Part shown: piece after piece, positions 10,523 to 24,721 of the stretch | Numbering within the stretch: the stretch's first letter is position 1 | Layout of the letters: each line of letters starts with the position of its first letter | Assembly: GCA_010356995.1 (NCBI GenBank) | Contig: ML996704.1 | Span: 310,001-374,000 of the forward strand | Direction: 5' to 3' | DNA: 64,000 nt | DNA from: Trichodelitschia bisporula | Lineage: Eukaryota | The notes under the pieces: generated by a model | Seen by the model: only the letters and a program-made list of their open reading frames with translations | The model's database searches: none | Told to the model about the DNA's origin: nothing | Position numbers and translations under genes: made by a program

Positions 10523-13298
10523 CTAGCGAAAGCCTCCGCCGTAGTTCTGGCGAGTGTTTGCGAAGCCAGGAGCGTTGAAGGGACGGTTAAGCTGCATGGA
10601 TGACGGAGCGCCGGGCCGAATGGCAGAGGCAGGGTTGCAACAGAGCATGGCAACGCGCGACCCGTACTTGGATCCACGCAGAGAAACCATATGCTTACTT
10701 TATGGATCGTCAGAAGTTGTATCTGACGAGGAGGCCGTCAAGAGGACTTACCGAACATGACATGCCACAACTTCACGGTGTTGCGGGCTGGCGTTGCTCA
10801 GGATCCACTGGACGAGATAGTTTCCAAACTGATCGGCGGCAACTAGGTAATGTCAGCATGGGAAACGAAGAAAGCACGGTAAGTGAGTAAACGTACTGTC
10901 AATCAGAGGCATGCGAGGACGGTCAGGCCGACCTTCACAGACCCGTTCCAGATAACGCTCTAGGAACTCCGAACCGCCAATTTTCAGACACTTTTCAATG
11001 ACCTTGGAGGCATACTGATCGGTGCTATAGTCAGAGGCAAAGCGGAGAATGTGATCGATGGCACGAGTACGATCGCTCTTAGAACCGTGCTCGCAGATGT
11101 GTTGAATGCACCAGTTTCCGAACTGGCCATGGGCAACCACATCGATACTAGCAAGGACCTCATTGATGCAGGGACGCTAAGATGAATGTTAGCATTCAAA
11201 TAGGGGAAAAGGAGCAACGACCATGTACCTTGTCTTCCTCTAGGCAGTTTTCGAAGATATTCTGCACGACCAGACTGCCTGTCTCGCCTAACGCAACCTC
11301 GTGCCACATGCCACGCAGAGCCTCGTTGACATACTTCATGATTTGGGGCGGTGTATCGCTCCAACGAAGCTCAAACAGCTTCTGCCAAACATGACATGCA
11401 TACCTATGGATGACCGTCTCAGGAATGCGCCGAAGGAGCTCATGGACCATAATGGCCTTGTAGTCTTCGGGGACGCAATCAAAGGCTTTCTGAACAACGT
11501 GGCAACCGAAGGCGTCCATGCTAAGAGCCAGAGTATTGCCACGGATAGAATTGGCGATGGCGATGACTTGCTCATGTGTGCCATGCTCAAAGCACCGCTG
11601 CACGAGGAAATTGCCGAAGCGATTGATCATGAGCTGATACGCTTGGGCGATGATGGCCTCGATAATCTCATGCTTCTGTTCGGGAGTGCCTACCTTGAGC
11701 TTTTGCTGGAGGAATATGGAAGCCTGCTGATCGTTGTTGCAAACGATTTTATCAACAATGTACTTCCAGTTGCAGCTCATGTTCCGATCCAATAGGCGGC
11801 GATAGTTCATAGGCTCAGCAGGCGTGAGATGCGCGTTGCTGGAGGACGGATGAGAAGCCTGGCGCGTCAACACTGAGCTAAGTCTCCGCAGCGACATCAT
11901 ACCTGTGCGTTCCAAGGACCCGAAGAAGCCATTTGGTCGTAATTGAACTCAGGCGCGGTTGGAGAGAGCCGGCTCCCAACAGGGCGAGGCACGAAGGGTA
12001 TGGTAGCATGGAATGCGCCTATAGGCTGGTAACCCATGGAACCAGGAGCCCGCTGCTCCATGAGGGACGTTTCATTGCCGTACGAAACCCATCGGTTTGT
12101 GGGCTGAGTTGAATCCAAAGGCGAAACGACACGGCTAGGAGAGGCGCTGCTACGACGGTATGAAAAGTCGTTTGTGAATGGCGTCGGCGCCGGCGCAATC
12201 GAATCCGGAGAAACGCCACGACGGTTCTCGTATGGTAGAGGAAACAAGCCAACAGGTAGCGGAGGAGAAGGGAGAAGCACGGGGGCGCTCATGAACTCAT
12301 TGCGGCTGCTGGAATATGGGGACCCAGAATTATTCCAGGAAGACGAAGACGCTTCCTGGTTAGTGGTCGAAAGGCTATTGAATCCAGAAGCTCCACCTGA
12401 TGCGTAGTTGGAGCTTCCCCAAATTGCCTGTCCACGTCCAAAGGCGTTGGAACCGAGAAAGGTGGCAGCAGAATCTGCACGAATATCATCGTTGGTGTTC
12501 CAGGTATCGGACCGTAAAACGGCAGGCCGAGTCGAGGCGTTCAGGGTGCGCTGGAGGTGCCTCATAGTCTGATCCGTCACGTCACTAGGACCCGGAAAGT
12601 CCTGTTCGGAAGCCGGACTCATCGCATTGTTTATGGTGACGTTAGTGAGGCGGTTCTGCAGCAATTCTTCATCCATCCGAGCGATGCGTTCCTGAGCTGT
12701 GTCGAGTGCCTGCTTCATACGGTGGAACTCGGCAGCCTCTACTACGACTCGTGTGGAGTTCGCGGCGTCGCTGTTATGGTAACGCTCATCGTCAGCGGAC
12801 GAGGGCGTGGTTGCAGTCCCACCAGACGGAATGAATCCATGGGTCGTGGAAGACTTTAGATTGGGAGTAGTGCCGGTTCCCTCCTCCGGGATATTGCCGC
12901 GGAAGTCTCTACGCACTTGAGCGCGCAATTCCTCAATCGAAAAGTTCTCGGGAGCCGGCCTCGACAAGGCAAGCCCGTTAACCATCTGCTAGTCCAGTGA
13001 GCCAAACAAGAAATGAGACGCAATGCCGAGAGATGGAGAAAGAGCCATACCTTGATGGTGTCGCTGTGTGTGACGATATCGTCAGGCTGTCTCTGGTTGG
13101 CTCGGAACCTAGAGCGCAGGAAGGGAGAAATTTTGATCTGTGACTGGGCAAGATGTGAGCTACAAGCACACACGGGCTGCATCTCTCCCCTACCTGGTGA
13201 TCCTGGGAGGTTGAAGTTGAATCTTGCACGGTCACCTCCGGTGTCGAAGAAATCGGTTCAGACCGCTTCTTGGAGACCGGTGACCCGTTCGATAGCAT
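10523..13298 (-). CDS. Pumilio/PUF-family RNA-binding protein (Mpf2-like) with a long low-complexity N-terminus
   Basis: PUF repeats DQQASIFLQQKLK, NRFGNFLVQRCFE, DAFGCHVVQKAFD, HRYACHVWQKLFE, GETGSLVVQNIFE, GQFGNWCIQHICE, DQYASKVIEKCLK, DQFGNYLVQWIL; ends RKHMVSLRGSKYGSRV...GGFR*; about 7 exons; start codon uncertain. Confidence 0.9.
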
Positions 13299-13808
13299 GG
13301 TGTCGGAGTGCACAAGCTTCCTAGACTTTGAAACTACACGAGATTTTGGTGGATGTGAATGGCGCTCTGGGTGTGAGTAACAAGTGCAGAGTCGCAGTTG
13401 ACGGAAGAAAAGTGTAAGGGAGCGTTGCTGCGATTAACAAGGGCGAAGGCTGCTTTATTGTAGAGACTGCGTAAACAGCGCAAGCATCGGCCTCACTGTC
13501 AATTGAGGTACACGGCGTGCTGCGTTTGCACGAAGTGAGTGGGCAGGGAAAGCAGACTGTCCAGATAATGACTCTATGAAGGAGACTTGAGGGTTGACTT
13601 TGGCGGGTAATGTGAGAGAAGTCGAACACAGTATGGCAGCGCTGCAAAGCTGCAGCATGCAGAGGATGAGAAGATGGCAAGCAAAGGGGTTGGAGCGTAG
13701 AGAGACTCGACAGAGATTATGTGAAGGGGAGAGAAGGGGACGGAATTGGGGAGAGAAGAGGAGTGATGAAGGGGAGTTTGGACGAGAGGAATGGGGCTCT
13801 GCTATGCT

Positions 13809-13853
<45 letters not shown>
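13809..13853. repeat. Poly(G) homopolymer, about 45 nt
   Basis: Uninterrupted G run read directly; intergenic, upstream of the PUF gene. Confidence 0.9.
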
Positions 13854-13854
<1 letters not shown>

Positions 13855-14041
13855 GCGGCGTGGCGACATACTGATGGGGAGAGAGCAAAGCAGGTCGTCG
13901 TTGCTGCTTTCGAGGGTGCTGACGATGGACTATGACCATTACCACGCTCCTTCCCCTCCCCCTCCGTTTAGCGGCCAGAACCTTGTAAGGGCGTTGCATA
14001 TGATACGTCGTATGCTCTGCATGATAATGTGAGGCTGTTTG

Positions 14042-17029
14042 CTAGGAGACGAGAGACGAACCAGATACGTTCCAGTAACTGTCAAAAAATCCCAGCGAAG
14101 CTCCTTCAACACCAGACCACCGACTACGACCATCAAGTAGAATGAAGTCGGGCTGTCCTACTCCTGTAGTCGTGGGTGCCAGTCGTGCCGCGTCCTCCAG
14201 TGCCGGAAGAGACGCGCCCCAGACCACCAGCTCCAGCTTCCCTACTGCAGTAGGGCGGATGAAGATGGCGCTGCAAAGCTCTCGATTTCTGCCCCCATAT
14301 TCCCGCCATCGGCCTTCCTCATCTCGCACCATCAAGTGCGGTGGTGAGGTTTTGATGTTCACTTGCAGAGGAAACTCATCGTGTGACTCCGGAAGGTGAT
14401 GACCAACAGCCACAGTGATGATGTTTCCATCAGCTTCACCTCCGCGAGAAGCCCTAGATGAGATTTCAGTATCAGCAGCGTAGTACTGATGGAGATTTCG
14501 GCTTATCTGCAGAGCGATACGAAATGTTTCCGGTCCATGATGAACCACCTCGAAGCGGCCTTTCGAGCGGAGAATCGCATGTATTCCTCCCATATGATCG
14601 GGCCGACGTAGTCCATCACTTCGGGAAAGCGCCTATAACCAAGTCAGTGTAGTCCGCCAAAAAATCCAACATACGAACAGCAAAGTCCCAAAGCCCTGCC
14701 CTCCGTTGTAAAGCAACTGTCGAATGTACCTCTCCATTTTTCGCAGAGGAAGGCACAACAATCCTCTGTCCATCGACCACAAGATCAACGACAGGAAACA
14801 GCATCTTCTCCATCTCAAAAGCAAGCACGTTATCAGTCCTCACGACCCAGGACCCTGTGTTACGATCTGCATTGACGAACATTTTCCCTAGTCGTCCCGC
14901 GTCTTTCAGATGAGTAACGCGCACTCCGCCTTTACTGCCCGTGTCCCCCGGATTGGCTACAACAAGTTCGAAATCAAGCATGGCTTCTGGAGATGGGCTT
15001 GAGGGGGTCAGGTGTTCTCGATAGAAGTCCTTGAGGGCCTCGGTAGTCATAACGCCGTCGAACCAGTGACCTTTACCGGCCAGTTCATTATAAGTCGATC
15101 GCCACCCAGCTTGCTCCAGCAGGTGATGCATAAAGCGGGAATGATACGCAGGAACATTGTCGTCCTGGTCCCCGTGCTGCTGGAGGATGGGAATACCTTT
15201 GCCATTGCTAGCAAGAAGCTCGTGGCGGAAACTGTTCGCAGAAGCTTCAATGATCGCCCGTCTATGAGGATCCATAGGCAACCAGAACTGGTACGGCACG
15301 TAGCCTTCTAACCGTCAGCCTTCACTCGAGGATAGCAGGGGGATGCCGAGTTCAAGGTATGGGATAGTATGACATACTGTGAATGGAGAGATAGCCCGAC
15401 ACTGGTGCCGCAGCAAGGACTTTGTCCGGCCAGTGGGTGAGCGTGTACCACGTGCCTTGACCTAGTGCGAACTGAGTCGTGCTACAGGGAGAAGCCATAG
15501 CATAATCTCACCTCCGTTTGAATGACCGCTGACGAACCATCTGTCTACATCCACTCCAATCCCGCTCCAACCCGTTGCATCGATCCACGACGGAATGTTG
15601 GTTATTGCGGCTTCAACGTCCGAAAACCCCCAAGTATCTGCAGAGGCCGGTCAGTCCGTTCGGGAGATATGAGTAGTTAACTTACGCCAGTCGTCACTGC
15701 TCCATGGCGTCACACCTGTTGGGAAAATAACCCAGGCACATATGTCCGGAACTGGGTCAAGCGCGTGGGCCACTGGGGTGCTGTCGGCCTCAAGGCCGGC
15801 GCCATGGAGCTGGAGAAGAACGGGGGCGGCAGCCTTTCCTTCTGGGAGAGCGGTACAATTCGGCGAAGGAGGTCGAAGGATGGCATAAGATACGATACCA
15901 CTAGGATGCAGGTGAGTGACCTTGTGAGGCTCATATGCAGAGCGCTCTGTCAATTTTATGATAAACTCCAAGTGGACAATCCCCGGGTCTGTCTGAGCCT
16001 TAGACTTGTACTGCAGGGCAATGGTTCTGGCAGTAGGGGCGGCTCCATTAATGCTCAATCGAAAGGCCACAGGGCGCGTTTGCCCCGGAGCAATGCCTAT
16101 GGACATGTTGCTGAGTAACTTTGCGTCTGTTTCAACCTTTATCTTATCAGCGCAGGATTCAAGCCTTTCGAGGAGACCAACATCTAAGGTGCTAATCCCC
16201 ACAATATCAATCCAGCTTTCACCATGATTCCGGACAACGACGGAACCATAAGGGCTCGGAAGCCTACCATCAACGACATCAGACACTAAGACTCTTTCGA
16301 GGTCTGCTTCCAACTGCGTTGTCACTGTTTTAGCCTCCAGATGAACTTCGATCGTTGGATCACCGATGCCTCCCATAGCGCGCACATCCCGCACCAAACG
16401 CAGGTCCAGAACGTGACGCCCGGAGTCCAAGTTTAGAACCAAAGGGGCTTTCCTGAAGGAGTAAAAGTCTCCACCAAAATGCCGGATCCCATCGACGGAA
16501 CATTCAAGCACGCCGTCGGTGTACAACACAACGGCTTGCGGACCACCATGAATAACCAACTCACCACGCACCCACGCCTGATACTGGAGTGCGGCCCAGC
16601 CGTATATGGATTGCAGGAAGGCCCAGTCTATGCCGGGGAAGTGGACATGAATGGAAACTTTGGAGGTAGAGCTATTGTTTTCCAAGCCTTTCGCATCTAT
16701 GGAAGACCAGCCAAGGAAACCATTTGGCGCAAGAGAACTTGGGAATGTCGCATTGTCATTTGGCGTGATGCCAGTAAAGCCGCCGTAGTATTCCAAAGGA
16801 TCTGCTCCCCATGCTGCTTCTGCAGAGAGTTAACAGGATCCAGTGTCGGCCAACTCTATGGAATCATGCCTCTGGTTCCAATCTGAAATGGTCCTAGCAG
16901 TAACCACGTCCGGGAAAATTCCATTGATGGCGGTTGTATAGGAAACATTAGAGACGGGTTTTGACCGTAGACTGACGAGAAATTGAATGCAAACAACAAG
17001 ACAGCGAAGCGGAGAAGTGAATGCCGCAT
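14042..17029 (-). CDS. Secreted alpha/beta-hydrolase, peptidase S9 (prolyl oligopeptidase)-like catalytic domain
   Basis: Signal peptide MRHSLLRFAVLLFAFNFSSVYG; LGPFQIGTRE..WGADPLE, LHGAGLEA, nucleophile GHSNG|GQG, HGDQDDNVP (Asp), GKGHWFDG (His), C-terminal GFFDSYW; 6 exons including a GC-AG intron. Confidence 0.8.
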
Positions 17030-17831
17030 TATGGTGCATAAATATAGCCAACAGTCATAAAGGCATGATGAACTGCTGCCTAGGAGGATCGCCTAGATGG
17101 CTACCCAGATGTTCTCTGCACACACCTCGGTACGCCCTGCCAGTGGCTACAGAGAAGCGAGGAGGGAGGTGAGGTTCAACTAAGAGCTCATCTAGAAGCC
17201 TTGGCAGACGGGGCGTTGCTTTTCTTTGCTATTTCGATACCCGAATTGGCGCTACGCGTCGGTCGCGGCCGCTGCCCCTCCGCTGTTCTTCTCGGCTGGC
17301 CCAGAATTGCGTGTGCTGAACTTGTCATCGTCCAAAATAGGGGGGCATCCATTGGCCAAGTCTTGTCGAACCACCTTGTGCATCTCCGCCGCATCATCCG
17401 AAAGTAAAGTGACAACATCTCCGAAAATAGGCCAGAATCTGTTACAGTATCACCAACCCTCATCAAACATTGACACGCCGCATCACCAAGCAACAAACAG
17501 CCTTATAGCGCAAGCTTCTTCCGAACATCTCTAGACTCTCAGCCGTATCGCCGACCCTACGCGCCATCAGACCCTTGGGTTTAACGCAAGCCACACGGCC
17601 ACGGTCCGGACGGACAGATCGGTCTTCGCCGCCCTTGCGCCTACCAGTGTGCCACACCCACTCAGTCTTCCGCGCGTCGCCTTCAAGGGGACACTTTCAC
17701 AAACTTCGCGTCAACTACACTGTGCTCGACATCCTGCGCGACGACCATTCATGGGACTCAGCGCCGAGCAGAATCGCACACGCTTTTGAGCCGACTCTAG
17801 AACTAGAGGTTCACTTGCAATGCAGCCTGAC

Positions 17832-19444
17832 ATGGACGACTCATCCAGCTCCGCGAACGGCATGTCCACATTCCCGTCCCTCTCACCAGATGGACTTCCA
17901 GCACATTATGAAGAGTCTTCCTTTCGACGCTCTACATCCTCACCAAGCAAAGATCTCCCTTCAGGAACAAATGGCACCATCGGGAGTGACCGGTGGCGGC
18001 CGCGAGCGAGTAGCAAGTCGCAGTGGGGAGGTACTCCGGCATACCCAAGTGGAGCTCGCCACGGGCGTCAGAAGAGCTTGAGTGAGGCAATAAGGACAAT
18101 TCGAACGCGCAGCGGAAGCGTCTCTCAGAATGCGCACGAACTCGCCGATGCTCTCAAAGCACCGGTTTCCCCGAAGCTTGTGGTCAGTGAACAGAGCGGT
18201 ATGTGAGTGACTGTGTTGCTAATATCTTGTAGATGCTGTGCGTTATGTGGTACCTTTTTTCCATGCTCGCCAACACCTCAGCCGGAGAGATCCTCGACAC
18301 CCACCATCTTCCCATAACACTTACGGTCATCCAATTCGCCTTCGTCTGCTTTCATTGCATATTTCTGGGTTGGTTAGCGTCAAGGTTTCCCTTCCTAAAG
18401 GAGCAGATTCCGGCCCTGAGGAATGGCATCCGCCGTCCTGACCGAGATATCATTAGGACAACGCTACCGCTGACGGGCTTCATGATCGGTGGCCACATCC
18501 TCACCTCGGATGCCATGTCCCGGATCCCTGTGTCCATGGTCCATACGATCAAGGGTTTATCGCCGCTATTTACGGTTATGGCGTATCGCCTCATCTTCCG
18601 CGTCCACTACTCCCCAGAAACCTATCTCTCCCTGGTCCCATTGACGGCCGGTGTCATGATGGCGTGCTCAACTCATTTCTCGAGCAACTTCCTCGGGCTG
18701 GCTTCAGCGTTTGCGAGCGCCATTTTATTTGTTACACAAAACATCATGTCAAAGAAGCTCTTTAATGAAGCTGCCATAGCTGAACAGGAGGGTCCGCAAA
18801 GGACTCGCAAGCCGGATAAACTCAACCTCCTCTGCTACTCCTCCGGCCTGGCCCTCATCTTTACAAGTCCGCTCTGGCTGTGGTCCGAGGGCTTTGCCGT
18901 TATCAACACTTTCCTGAACGAGGCGTCTATTGATGCAGCTGGAAACCATATCTCCCATCATCACGGCCGACTATTCGCCGGATACTTCTTCAATGGAACT
19001 TTCCACTTTGCACAGAGCCTTGTGGCCTTCACGCTGCTCTCACTTGTGTCTCCGGTCACGTACTCAGTCGCCAGCTTGCTCAAACGGGTGTTCGTCATTG
19101 TCTGCTCCATCCTGTGGTTTGGCAACAAAGTCAGCGGAATCCAAGGCGTTGGAATCTGCCTCACATTTCTCGGATTGTATCTCTATGACCGCACGAACGA
19201 TGCAGCAAAGACGGAGCGGAGGGCAAAGCACTTGCAGTTGCCTTCACTCCTACCGCTGCACGAGAAGGCCATGGAGTCACCCAGTATCGACATCCTGGCT
19301 AATGGCCAATTGCGAGGTGAAAAGCGCAGCGACAGCGATGGCTGGCCTGAAGCGATGAGCAACGGTTGGCTTCCACCTGGCACCAAGGCAGAACACACCT
19401 GGACATCGCGCGATATGATGAACCAGCCTGTGCCCGTTTCTTGA
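17832..19444 (+). CDS. Triose-phosphate/nucleotide-sugar transporter (TPT/SLC35E) family, SLY41-like
   Basis: RQKSLSEAIRTIRTRSGSVSQNAHELADALKAPVSPKL, PVSMVHTIKGLSPLFTV, DKLNLLCYSS, VSPVTYSVASLLKRVFVI, GLYLYDR; one intron ~18183-18232. Confidence 0.88.
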
Positions 19445-19875
19445 ATTCTGCTGCGTACATGATATGGCGTTTAGATGGAGTCTTCGGATTTTTGTATTAC
19501 CATAGATTTAGATCATGTATCAGTCGTGTCTGCATCGATAGAGCATCCTCTCGGTTTTCTCATTGCGGATTTACGAGGGATGTATGTATAGTTATGCTCT
19601 AGTTTCTAGACGCAAGGACGACGCCGTGGACAAAGCCTCGAGTTGTCTGCAACATGACCTCTAACTCCAAATCTCTCGGGCTTCATGACGGTCCGTCAGC
19701 CCTGTTCTCTGCGTCTTAGCAGTCGGCAAGCTGCAGCTTCCAGTGCCACAGCAGTCTCAGCCGCTAAATCCTCCCGACATTCCTTGACCACGATAGTCGA
19801 AGGCGAGCCCGATCTTGTAATCCTCACGGGCTCTTGAACTCCTAGCTGAATGGCCATATTTCAGCCTTCTGCCCT

Positions 19876-20924
19876 TCAAAACACGCTGTCCGACACAGCG
19901 ACCTTACTTCCATACCACTCCACCAGCTCATCCCGCGGCACATTCGACCCCGTCACCGCACTCGCAATGAAGAAATCCGTCATCTTCCCATTCCCATCCT
20001 GATCATCCGCCGGCCACTTCACCCCCGCCCCATCCCCCTTAACCTCAAGCAACTCCTTCGCCGTCCCCCAGCTAAACCGACACTCACTCCCCCACCCAAA
20101 CACCGGATCCATATTCCGCTTCAACCAACTCGAACACCTCGCATCAGAAGGGTATCCAGACCCCCACCCCTCCTCCTGCCCCGGGTATGACTCCGCACAC
20201 ACATCCAACGCCGCGTCGCGCGTGACCTTCGCACACACACTCGCCGCCGACACGCAGGGGTAAAGCGAGTCCGCCTTCTTCGCGACCGTGAATTTGGCAC
20301 TCGGAAATATGCGCTCCAGTTTCTTCTGGTATATCTCTGGTTTCCCAATAGTGTCGACGTAGATGTGTGTTAGGTTCACGCCCTGCGAGAGGACAGCCTG
20401 GATCAACTCCACTGTTGCATCCATGGCTTGCGCATTCAGATTATACGCCCCGGCTGGCCGCAGCATGCCGCTCGATATATCCTGCGCTGAGAGCAGGCGT
20501 GCGGCCCACCCGCAGGTTGTGTGCAGGTCGGTGCCGGGCGTGCAGAGCTTTTCCATGAGGGAGGAGCGGACGACAGGTGTTAGGACCTTCGAGTCGTCGA
20601 AGTGGTGGGTTTGGGAGAGGAGGCTTGCTTCTTGGGTGCGAGGGAGGTAGAAGACTGCATAGACCATAGGACCTGCGGTTGTTAGCCATGTGCTCTGCAA
20701 GAAGGGGGACGGAACGTACCTAACACTGGCCCGCGCCCGGCTTCGTCAATGCCCAGCACGCACTCAGTGCTCATGTCCGCCTTGACTGCGGCTGGGATGT
20801 CCGATATGTGGGAGTATGACACGCCATTGCGGACGCTGTTCGAGAGGACGGAGGGCGGGCGGAAAACGCCTTCGGCGGGCGTCTCGAGGGCAATGTCTTG
20901 CGAATCAAAGGCTTGATCTTCCAT
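19876..20924 (-). CDS. RNH201: Ribonuclease H2 catalytic subunit A
   Basis: LGIDEAGRGPVLG|PMVY, FDDSK, VDT, KADSLYPCVSAASVCAKVTRD, WGSGYPSD, RFSWGT; one intron ~20673-20719. Confidence 0.95.
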
Positions 20925-21338
20925 GGTAGGGTGATGATAGAGTTTCAATGCTGCTGGTTTGTACCGTATATGAATAGGCAATGGATTCTGTGGTGTCGTA
21001 ACAATGTTGCGCCGATAGGTAAGACGCGTGCGACGCGTAAATTGAAGATGACGCGCGGGCACGGCATCAGCGCGTCCGCTCGGGCTTGGCGCTGGTCGCC
21101 GCAACCAGCGGATGAAGTTGGTAATTTTACGTCACTCTTCACACAGGCTGAACAACTGAAGCAGAATAACATCAATTTTTAAATTTCACGCTCTGATGAC
21201 ATGGCGCTATTTGAGAGTCGGAGCAGAGCTCAAAGAAATGCCATCGTTCTAAGAAATGAACACCATCAACATTTTGTTTTCAACGGCCAGCTTCAGCCTT
21301 GTCATGGCCCGTTACATCCGTACTGGCGGTAGATCACC

Positions 21339-23368
21339 TCAAACATCAGTCTCCTTCTTCGGAAGCGAAGGACGTTGTTCATCTGGAAACCTGATGCTCC
21401 TCGCCGCCACAAATTCGCTCGGAGTGCGCATGATCTTGGGTAACTCCTCAGTATTCCCAAGCTGCGTACTGTGTGAGGATGTGTTGTTGGCACTGGGATC
21501 TCCGGTCGGCTTGTTTGGCACCTCAGAGTCTGGTCCCCCCGGACTCACAGGGCGCGAAGTCCGGGGAGTCACATGCCGTGAACCGTGCTTCGACACCGGC
21601 TTGGAGCTCGGCGCGGACCCTCTGCTGATGATTGTGCCACCGATGCGGAACATTCGCCGCGGAGCAGATAAGCCGTCATGGGAATGCATGGGCGAGTGAA
21701 GGGGGGATTGTGTGATAGGCGAATCAGATCCAGTTGCAGGCGACGACGTGGGTTGAATGTGGAAAGGGTTCGGATCATTCGTGTCCTGGGAGAGCGCAAG
21801 AGAGAGTGTCCGCGGGATGTAGAAGCCCAGTTTACCAAGCGGAATACTCAGTCCATGGACAACCTAGCCCGTAAAGTCAGCAGCTGACCACATGTAGAGG
21901 GTGCTGACCTACACTTGAGCATATCACCAGGAACCAGATTACCACCGTCATAACTTCAGCCAGCATCTTCGCGTCTTCGCGCTCTTCTCCATCGACATTG
22001 ATTTCAAGACGGAGCCATTCAAGGGTGACATAGAGGTAGAAGATGGCCGAGACCCCGATAGGTCCGAAAAAGCCAACGAAGAAAGTCTGGCTCCATCCTT
22101 CGATCTGATGTATTTGCTTGCGCATCAGAACCACTACGGGGAGACGCCTGAACAGAAGCACCAGGATCCCCAAGGGAACCAGCCGGTAAATTGGAATGAC
22201 GTTGTTGTGCGCGAACATACGCCAGGGGCAAACGGCACCGAACCAGATGAAGATGGTGACGTTGAGAAGCATGTCGATGGTTGGCTGAAGTGTATCGTCC
22301 TCCGTCTCCTGGCGGAACCAGTCACTGGGAGTTGTTAGCCTGCTCGCCTGTCAGGGTCGGACCGCTTCCACATACTCCCAAGTAAACGTGTTCCCTGCTA
22401 TGAAACAGGCAAGTACGTCGTCGCTTCCTATCATGCCGCAAGTTCCGACGATGAACAACTAAAGCAGTCAGTACGGATTCCCGGAGATGATGGAATAGTA
22501 TGTGCATACAGCAAGGGCAATCGCGAAGACAATGAAGCTCTCACGGTCCACGTAACGCCTTTCCTCTGCCCAATGCAGTAACTCTTTGGCAACCCATCCC
22601 ACAGCAGCGCCGTAAAGGACACCGAGGATGATTTCATAGACCCATGTCTCGTAGAACCACATAGCAACGGCAGTACCAGCAGTACCATGCGAACCCGCTC
22701 CATCTTTCATGACAAACTTTATCAAGAAAAGGGGCAGGAAGAGGAAAGGGTACCCAAGACCATCGTTGGTGCCGGACTCGGCGATGATGATTTTCTGCAG
22801 TTCCTTGGGGACGTTCTTGTCGGCAAACTTGCCCTTGACAATACTGTTTGACAAGATAGGGTCGGTAGGCGTGACACAAGCACCAACGGCAAGAGCGTAC
22901 ACAAAGTGGAAGTTAGGTACCATGGCCCAAACCAGCAGGCTAGTGCAGAGCCACATGGCCACCATGCCAGGTCCCAGCAGGAAGGCGAGGCTCTTCCATT
23001 CTTTGCGCAAGTACTTGCTGGGCAATTGAACACCCGCAATGACCAGCTGCACGCCTAGAACCAGACGAGTGAAGTATAGGGTGATTGTCCCGAGGGTTTC
23101 TTCATTGCCGAGTGCATATTCGAGGGGCCTGATGAGGTTCGCCGCATGCGGGGAAAAGATGACGCCGGCCACTAAGGATATAACTGTGCCACACAACCAT
23201 CAGCATAAGGCATAAGCCGGGATAGGATTGGGAGCAGGGTAAGGGCATACGGGCTTCGGACAGGTAGAATTTCTCTTTCAAGAGAAACGACACCAGTCCA
23301 AAAAGCGCTATGAAGCCTCCAAGTGTCGCACAAACAACGTTGAAGCTCACGACTTGGAGCGTGGGCAT
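21339..23368 (-). CDS. Na+(K+)/H+ antiporter, CPA1 family (Nha1/Cnh1-like)
   Basis: FGLVSFLLKEKFYLSEA, GVQLPSKY, VTPTDPILSNSIVKGKFA, ESGTNDGLGYPF, DDVLACFIAG, FRRLP, GFFGPIGVSAIFY, VVHGLSIP; 5 exons. Confidence 0.93.
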
Positions 23369-24721
23369 GACGGTTTTGAGTACTCAATTTTAGTCTCGGT
23401 TTTTTGGTTCAATTGCCTGTTATTCAATTCCCCTGCTGTAATGCAGTATCTTTAACCTCGAGTCTGTTCGCGATAGCAACCCAAGGGATAGCGCGGATTC
23501 CACAGGTGTTATTGAATCATTTGGAAGATATGAACGAAGCAGTAGTGGCGATGCTTGAGCGGCCAGCTTGATGGATTGGCTTGAGATGAAGGCTAGTTCG
23601 AGCTCATTCACAGGAGGGAAGTGACAACCTTGCACGGGAGGAAAAGGGAAAGAAGGTGCTTTTGAGAGGAGGAAGTTGAAATGGCGTTCGCTCCTTCTCT
23701 TCTTAGGAAAGAACTCCCTCCCGTGCCTCCCTGAGCCCGGATCCCAGTGACGGATGCCGCCCCGCCACGGCCCTGCAAGCCATCTGCGCCATTTGCGCCA
23801 CCACTCCTGGGAACGGCGAGGGAAGCAAAAGGCCTGCAGGCCAAATACCCCGCGGCGAAATGTCACTCCATCATTTGCTGCTCCATCCCATCTGTTGAAA
23901 ACCCTCTCCAACTTGCCTATAAATCATAAGAAAAGACGTCACTTTCACCGGACTAACTGAAGCTTGTCCATAACCAACCGCTTGGGGCACGTTGACGGAG
24001 CTTGCTCGCTTCCAAGAATGCCAAACCCGCTCGCCCAGAGCCTTAGCAGCTGGCAGCGCAAACACAGCGGAAGACTGGATGATCAAGCCATGCTAACCTT
24101 ACCAAGGCTCTGATAAGAGCTTTGCTAGCCTCGGAACACTGATCGATCGCTCCGAATAGTGTGGAAAAGCTTCCCCACACTCTTTCAATGTCCGCCAAAC
24201 TTTTGTTGACCCAAAGGCTTTTCCAAAAGGATATCCCTTCCCGACTCAACTCCCAACTTCCGGCTGGTACTTGCCGACATTCAGCTGGGTGGCCGGTGAG
24301 GTATGCACTTAAATGTTGTGCATCACGCCAAACCCCCCGCGCTGGGATGCGTCAATCACACATCTAAGATTGCCGGAATTGTCGGTACGTGCAGCATCCG
24401 GAGCTGCAGCACTTCCTTTATTGCGCATCTAAACTAATCCCAGTAACGCAAAGTACTTCTGCAAAAGTACTCCGAGGGTCTGAACAAACCTATGCAACGA
24501 GGATATCTTTCGCAACCGCCATGCAGACAACAGAAAGCTCAATGCCGCCGAAACCCCCATATTTGATGCAAACCATGCACAACAATAACAGATACACCGC
24601 CCAGCCCCACAAAACACCACCCGACGCCCCGCTCTATGGATAGGTACGTATTACGGAAATCAGAAGATGCGCACGCCACACAGCCACGAGCGGACCGGAA
24701 GTGGTGGTTTAGGCCAGAGAA

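Noticed and set aside
13594..14032. Poly-Gly/poly-Pro ORFs
   Set aside because: Artefacts of translating the G45 run.
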